12,327 nucleotides of DNA from Candidatus Eiseniibacteriota bacterium. Lineage in GTDB: Bacteria; Eisenbacteria; RBG-16-71-46; CAZAMP01. A model generated the notes under the pieces. The model ran no database searches, had not been told where the DNA came from, and saw nothing but the letters and a program-made list of their open reading frames with translations. The stretch is from NCBI GenBank assembly GCA_965224245.1, contig CBDCYW010000026.1:1-12327 (forward strand). Direction: 5' to 3'. The position numbers and the translations under genes were made by a program. This document shows positions 7,286-12,327 of the stretch, piece by piece (the first letter of the stretch is position 1; each line of letters begins with the position of its first letter).

Positions 7286-9494
7286 AACGGAAATGGAGCC
7301 GATGCGAGGGCGGAACCCTGACTTGCTCGAGGCGGCACTGCGCTATGCGGACCTCGGATATGCGGTCTTTCCGTGCTGGCCCGGCGCCAAGGAGCCCATG
7401 ACCCCGAACGGGTTCAAGGACGCCACGACGGACGCGGCGACGATCCGAGCCTGGTGGACGAGGACGTCCAACGCGAACGTGGCCATGCCCGCGGCGGGGC
7501 TACTTGTCGTGGACATCGACGGACCCGACAACTCGTGGCCAGGCGAGCGTGATCTGTCGGGCGCGCCTGTCTCACGTACGCCACGCGGGGGTCGCCACCA
7601 CATCTTCCGCCAGCCGGCCGGGCGCGGGTGGCGCAACACGACTAGCCGGATCGCGCCGCGGGTCGACACGCGCGCGGACGGCGGGTACATCGTCGTGCCG
7701 CCGTCACGGTTCGATGGGAAGCCCTATGAATGGGCGGAGCCCCTCGGTTTGCCACCAGACGGTCTTCCGGAGCCGCCGGCGTGGCTCGTGGCTGAGCTCG
7801 ATGGGCAGCTGCCGCTGGGGTTCAACGGGACGGGCAATGCCAATGGGACTCCGCTGAGCGACACGCCGTGTAGATCGCCCGCGTGGCCACCCGTCGCGAG
7901 CGTTGAGAACGTCATCCCCTCCGGTCAGCGAAACGACACCCTGGCACGGCTCGCGGGCTCGATGCGTCGGGTTGGCATGGGCCCCTACGAGATCACGGCG
8001 GCGCTCCTGGAGACGAACGCACGGCGTTGCACGCCCCCGCTGCAGGATGCCGAGGTCCGGAGGATCGCGAAGAGCATCGCGCGGTACGACCCGGACGATG
8101 TGACCGTCGCGGTGACCGAGAACCACTGGGCTCGGCACGTGGCTCCGGCGGACGACACCAGTCGGCCGGACGAGATCGCCGACGATCCGGGCTCTCTGCC
8201 CGAGGATCTGCTGCGGGTCCCGGGGTTCATTTCCGAGGTGATGGATCACTGCCTGGCCACCGCGCCCTATCCGAACCTCGTGGCGGCCTTCGGCGGTGCG
8301 CTGGCGCTCCAGGCGACACTGGCAGGTCGGAAGGTGCGCGACCCCGGTGACAATCGAACGAACCTCTACCTCCTGGCCCTCGCGCACTCGTCCGCGGGGA
8401 AGGAGCGGCCCCGGAAGATCAACGCCGAGATCCTGCACACCGTCGGCCTCTCGAGCCGTATCGGTGGACGGTTCGCGTCGGGCGAGGGCATCCAGGACGC
8501 GCTCTTCACCGAGCCGTGCATGCTGTTCCAGACCGACGAGATCGACGGGATGCTCCAGTCGATCAACAAGGCTCGCGATGCCCGCCACGAGGGGATCATG
8601 GGGACGATGTTGACGCTCTACTCGTCAGCGAATTCGGTGTTCCCGATGCGGCGCAAGGCCGGCGGAGAGTCACCCGGGGCGATCGACCAGCCGTGTCTGG
8701 TGCTCTTCGGCACCGCGATCCCCAACCACTACTACGAGGCACTCTCCGAGCGCATGCTCACCAACGGGTTCTTCGCGCGCATGATCATCCTCGAGTGCGG
8801 CAAGCGATCACCGGGCCAGGAACCGACCATTCTGCCGATCCCCGATCGCGTCCTGGAGACGGCGAGGTGGTGGGCGGACTTTCGCCCCGACACCGGCAAC
8901 CTCGAAAGCTGGTACCCGGGGCCGCGGACGGTTCCACAGACCGATGCCGCGAGGGCGATCTTGATCGAGACCCGCAAGGAGGCCGAGGCCGAGTATGCGA
9001 GGGCGGAAGCCGCCACGGACGCGGTGGGGACCACGGTGTGGGGGCGCGTCAGCGAGCATGCCCGCAAGCTTGCGTTGCTCCACGCGGTGAGCGCGGACCA
9101 TGAGCACCCGGAGATCGGCGAGGGGGCCGCGGACTGGGCACGGCGCTTCGTCGTTCATCAGACCAAGCGGATGCTCTTCATGGCGCAGGCCCACGTCGCC
9201 GACAGCCCCTTCCACGCCGACTGTTTGAAAGCCATCCAGAAGCTGCGTGATGCCCCCGGCGGAGAACTCTCGCACTCCGTTCTCCTCAAGCGCATGAAGA
9301 CCGACGCGAAGAGCTTCCTGTCACTGATAGCGACGCTCGAGCAGCGAGGCGACATCGTTGTGCGTACGCAGTCGAGTCTCACCAAGCCTGGGCGCTACTA
9401 CCGCCTCGCGAGGTCTCTCCCGCGCACCGAGGATGCGGCTTTGCCTGGGGGTGAACGATCGGGTGAAACCGGCGATGAAGGTGAAAGATCATGA
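7269..9494 (+). CDS. Bifunctional DNA primase/polymerase (Prim-Pol) plus PriCT-1 plus DUF3987-like domain
   Basis: YAVFPC, VVDIDG, TPRGGRHHIF and DTRADGGYIVVPPS (Prim-Pol); GQRNDTLARLAGSMRR...PPLQDAEVRRIAKSI (PriCT-1); AHSSAGKE and LFQTDEID (degenerate Walker A/B). The start could be 7269, 7293 or 7302. Confidence 0.88.
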   Translation: MTCHSETEMEPMRGRNPDLLEAALRYADLGYAVFPCWPGAKEPMTPNGFKDATTDAATIRAWWTRTSNANVAMPAAGLLVVDIDGPDNSWPGERDLSGAPVSRTPRGGRHHIFRQPAGRGWRNTTSRIAPRVDTRADGGYIVVPPSRFDGKPYEWAEPLGLPPDGLPEPPAWLVAELDGQLPLGFNGTGNANGTPLSDTPCRSPAWPPVASVENVIPSGQRNDTLARLAGSMRRVGMGPYEITAALLETNARRCTPPLQDAEVRRIAKSIARYDPDDVTVAVTENHWARHVAPADDTSRPDEIADDPGSLPEDLLRVPGFISEVMDHCLATAPYPNLVAAFGGALALQATLAGRKVRDPGDNRTNLYLLALAHSSAGKERPRKINAEILHTVGLSSRIGGRFASGEGIQDALFTEPCMLFQTDEIDGMLQSINKARDARHEGIMGTMLTLYSSANSVFPMRRKAGGESPGAIDQPCLVLFGTAIPNHYYEALSERMLTNGFFARMIILECGKRSPGQEPTILPIPDRVLETARWWADFRPDTGNLESWYPGPRTVPQTDAARAILIETRKEAEAEYARAEAATDAVGTTVWGRVSEHARKLALLHAVSADHEHPEIGEGAADWARRFVVHQTKRMLFMAQAHVADSPFHADCLKAIQKLRDAPGGELSHSVLLKRMKTDAKSFLSLIATLEQRGDIVVRTQSSLTKPGRYYRLARSLPRTEDAALPGGERSGETGDEGERS

Positions 9495-9666
9495 CCGTGA
9501 ACAGGGCCATCGGAGGTGAAGAATGGTGAAGGATTGTGAAAGAATCGATGCTCTAAGTGTATATATAACAATATATCTCTCTATCTTTCCCTTCTTTCAC
9601 CCATACCCCCCTGCACACCGATATCTCCCTCATTCTGCGCGTGTGTGTGAGGGGGGGGGTGAAAGA
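9451..9666. repeat. Origin-like region: GTGAA iterons, AT-rich core and a long imperfect inverted repeat
   Basis: GTGAA at 9451, 9463, 9481, 9497, 9516, 9526, 9536 and 9659, with inverted TTCAC at 9596. AT-rich TATATATAACAATATAT at 9560-9576. TCTTTCACCC (9593-9602) pairs with GGGTGAAAGA (9657-9666). Confidence 0.7.
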
Positions 9667-9702
9667 GAAGAAACATCTCTCGATCCGCAGGTGGACGCGT
9701 AG

Positions 9703-10791
9703 ATGACTCGCGCAACCACGAGCCTCTGGGCCGCCCTGCCACCCTACATTGGGGGCAAGAGACGGCTGTGCCCGCTCATCTTCCGCGAGTTGGACCACGT
9801 CTTCCCACGCCGCCTCTGGGGCGGTGCCCGGTTCGTCGACGCGTTCGCGGGTGCGTGCTCGGTGGCGCTCTACGCGAAGGCCCAGGGGTTCCTCCACGTC
9901 CACGCGATCGACGTCGCCGAGCGATCGGTCATCGTAGGCAGGGCGCTCATCGCGAATGGCCGCGTGCACCTGACCGAGGCCGATCTCCTGCGCATCACCA
10001 GCGCCGACGTTCGGAGCCCCGGACCGATCGAGGCGTTGTACGTGCCGTCGGTGTTTCCGAAGAACGTCGCCCAGTGGCTGGACCGCGCGCTCGCGACGGC
10101 CGAGGCGACCGCCGACGAGGCCAAGGCGAACCTGATCAAGCTCCTGGCGCTGAAACTCGCCATGGCCGCGCACCCGATGGCGCAGGTCCGGCCTGGTACA
10201 GCACACCGCGTCGCGACCGGTGAACTCGAAGCGATCACCGAGAGCTGCGTGAAGGTCTACATCGACGCCAAGCGGCTCACGAGTCCCGACAAGCTCCGCT
10301 CGATGATGAACGCCATCAACGGCGGCGTCACCGCCGGCGATGGAACGGCCACGAAGGGCAGCGCCATCGACGTGCTCCCGGGCGTGAAGGCGGAGGTCGC
10401 CTATCTCGACCCGCCCTATCCCGGCACGACGGCGTACGAGAAGGAGTTCAAGGTCCTCGACGAGATCCTCGGAGGAGAGTCGATGCCCGTGAGCCCGTTC
10501 AGCCAGTCAGTCGACCTCCTCGAGCCGCTCTTCGAGTCCGCCCGCCACATCCCGATCTGGCTCCTCAGCTACGGCAACGCCGAGCTGTCCGGCGCCGACC
10601 TCGAGGACCGTGTCGCCGCGTACGATCGCGAGACACGCCTGATCGAAATGGCGTACGCGCACAAAGCCAGCGTCGCCCGTGCCGAGACCCGTGCCCGCAA
10701 TCGCGAGCTTCTCGTCGTCGCTGTCGACCCCGAGCACCGACTCATCCAGCGTATCCGTGAGAGGGGGACCGTCGATGCCTTCGAGTCCTAG
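9703..10791 (+). CDS. DNA adenine methyltransferase (D12-class/Dam-like, alpha group)
   Basis: PYIGGKRRL (motif X), DAFAGACSV (motif I) and AYLDPPY (motif IV), in alpha-group order. Confidence 0.88.
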   Translation: MTRATTSLWAALPPYIGGKRRLCPLIFRELDHVFPRRLWGGARFVDAFAGACSVALYAKAQGFLHVHAIDVAERSVIVGRALIANGRVHLTEADLLRITSADVRSPGPIEALYVPSVFPKNVAQWLDRALATAEATADEAKANLIKLLALKLAMAAHPMAQVRPGTAHRVATGELEAITESCVKVYIDAKRLTSPDKLRSMMNAINGGVTAGDGTATKGSAIDVLPGVKAEVAYLDPPYPGTTAYEKEFKVLDEILGGESMPVSPFSQSVDLLEPLFESARHIPIWLLSYGNAELSGADLEDRVAAYDRETRLIEMAYAHKASVARAETRARNRELLVVAVDPEHRLIQRIRERGTVDAFES

Positions 10792-11456
10792 CACCGTGCC
10801 CGAGACGCGTGTCGTCCCCATCGTCGATCTCGTCCCGCACCCGATGAACGCGAACCAGATGCCGCCCGATCTGTTCGAGAAACTGAAGGGTCACCCTGCG
10901 CCGCAACGGTCGGTACCCCGCCGTGATCGTGCGGCCACACCCGAGCGACGATGGGAAGTACGAGGTCATCGACGGGCACCATCGTGCGCGAGCCCTGGAG
11001 AGCCTGGGGCACGAGACGGTGCGCGTGGACGTCTGGCACGTCGATGACACCGAGACGCGGGTGCTTCTCGCGACGTTGAACCGCCTGGAGGGCGACGACA
11101 TCCCCGTGCGCCGGGCCGAACTGCTTCATTCATTGCTGGGATCGATGTCGAGCGCCGACCTCGCGGGTCTGGTCCCCGAGACGGAGGCCGAGATCAAGGA
11201 TCTCCACGCGCTCCTCGAGTTCCCCGCCGGTGACATCGCCGCCCAGCTCGCCGACGAGGCCGCCGAGACCGAGAAGACCCTCCCGGTCGTCCTGACCTAC
11301 GTGGTCCATCCCGAGCACGCGACGCTCATCGCCGATGCCGTCGAGCGGGCCTCGGACGGCATCACCGGACGCGACCGCAAGGCACGAGGCCTTCTGAACC
11401 TGGCCCGCCACTACCTGGAAGGAGCCCCCGATGCTGACGCGCCGCCAGAAGCGTGA
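10775..11456 (+). CDS. ParB/Srx N-terminal domain protein, ~226 aa after repair of one frameshift
   Basis: ATG at 10775 after GAGGGGG: ...VPIVDLVPHPMNANQM...KLKGH. Removing one C at 10894-10896 continues LRRNGRYPAVIVRP...YEVIDGHHRARAL...LLATLNRLEG. Confidence 0.85.
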
Positions 11457-11981
11457 GGAGGCCCGGCGCCTGTTCCTGACCGGCGAGGCGGACTCCAACG
11501 CCGCCATCGCGCGCAAGCTGCGCATGAAGGCACGCACCGTGGCCCGCTATCGCAAGGAAGAGGACTGGGACGAACTCCGCGTGAAGGTCGATCGGCAGGC
11601 GGCCGAGAAGCTCGTCGAGTCGCTGGCGGGTGAGCGGACCAGTCTGAACCTGAGACACTTCCGCTACTGGGACGCCATCCTGGCCCAGGTCGGCGAGGCG
11701 ATGAAGGCCGACGTGGCCCACGGCATCCGAGAGCTGGAACGGCTGACCACATCGTCGAGCGGGTCCAGAAGGGGCAGCGCCTGGCTCGCGGCCTCAGCCT
11801 CACCGGGGAGAACGAAGAGACGATCCGCGCCCAGGCGGCGGCCGAGTCGCGCGCGTTGGTCGATGCGTTTATCGATGCCGTGAAAGCACACGTGCCCGAT
11901 GAGGAAGCGCGCGATCAGATCCGACTCACGGTGCTGGCCAAGCTGCCGCAGCAACCCGAAGAGGCGGACGTCGACGCATGA
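11431..11981 (+). CDS. N-terminal HTH protein, probable terminase small subunit, ~183 aa after repair
   Basis: EEARRLFLTG...AAIARKLRMKARTVARYRKEEDW (HTH). One base is missing at ~11749, after which it reads IVERVQKGQRLARGL...PEEADVDA* ending in an ATGA overlap with the large terminase. Confidence 0.7.
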
Positions 11982-12327
11982 GTGTCCAGCGGTATCTCAC
12001 CGGGCGCCTCATGGAGGTCGTCTCCCCGGCGGTACGCACCCGGAGTCAGCCGCTGGCGAACTGGGCGGTGAGGGAGGTGCGTCTTGACGGCAAGCCGTTT
12101 GCCTTCGCGGGGCATGCGTACCTGCGGGCGATCTACGACGACGTGAGCCCGCACGTCGTGCTCATCAAGGCCGCCCAGATCGGCGGCACGACGTGGGCCA
12201 TCCTGCGGAGCATCCATGCCTGCATGCAGGGCTTCACGTGATGTACCTGTTCCCGACCCGAAGCGACGTCATCGAGTTCTCGAAGTCTCGCGTGCGCCCG
12301 CTCATCGAGGAGAACGCATTCCTCCAG
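11978..12327 (+). CDS. Phage terminase large subunit, GpA family (5' part, runs off the window)
   Basis: PFAFAGHAYLRAIYDD...VVLIKAAQIGGTT (GpA-type Walker A). One base is missing at ~12232, after which it reads HVMYLFPTRSDVIEFSKSRVRPLIEEN. Confidence 0.85.

Larger units (their letters stand above)
1..12327. mobile_element. Prophage-like integrative element (regulatory/accessory, replication and start of packaging modules); both ends lie outside the window
   Basis: Co-oriented, overlapping genes in phage order: AAA_24 ATPase, DUF669, helicase, Prim-Pol, origin-like repeats, methylase, ParB-like, HTH protein, GpA-type terminase. No integrase or att site is visible. Confidence 0.85.

Noticed and set aside
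9451-9545. CRISPR array
   Set aside because: The repeats are only 5-8 bp with 10-19 bp periods, there is no spacer structure, and no cas genes are present.
4124-12217. Numerous minus-strand and alternate-frame ORFs (e.g. 7704-8588, 9553-10206)
   Set aside because: They are shadow ORFs expected in high-GC coding DNA, with no motifs, and overlap confident + strand genes.

Overview
GC-rich segment of a prophage-like element, almost all on the + strand. Right part (4067-12327): a hypothetical gene, AAA_24/Sak4-like ATPase, DUF669 ssDNA-binding protein, SF2 DEAH helicase with Zn finger, Prim-Pol/PriCT/DUF3987 primase, an iteron plus AT-rich origin-like region, a D12-class adenine methyltransferase, a ParB-like protein, an HTH small-terminase-like protein and the start of a GpA-type large terminase. 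Left part (240-3954): the ORF track is misleading because of many single-base indels, mostly +1 duplications and probably sequencing errors. Manual frame repair gives three genes: (i) a ~260 aa protein starting Met-Gly-His; (ii) a coupled ~639 aa long-form QueC-family protein (SGGLDS, Cx12Cx2Cx2C) with an extra C-terminal, possibly DNA-binding, domain; (iii) a ~273 aa sigma-70-like protein. A bipartite motif CTGTCCC-N16-GTCCCCTWWT occurs twice in intergenic DNA, once facing the replication operon and once facing a leftward excisionase-like gene. The best novel-system candidate is a QatBC-like protein-deazaguanylation pair, with no QatA or QatD in the window, sitting in the regulatory region of the element. 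All family calls come from motif recognition by eye; no searches were run.
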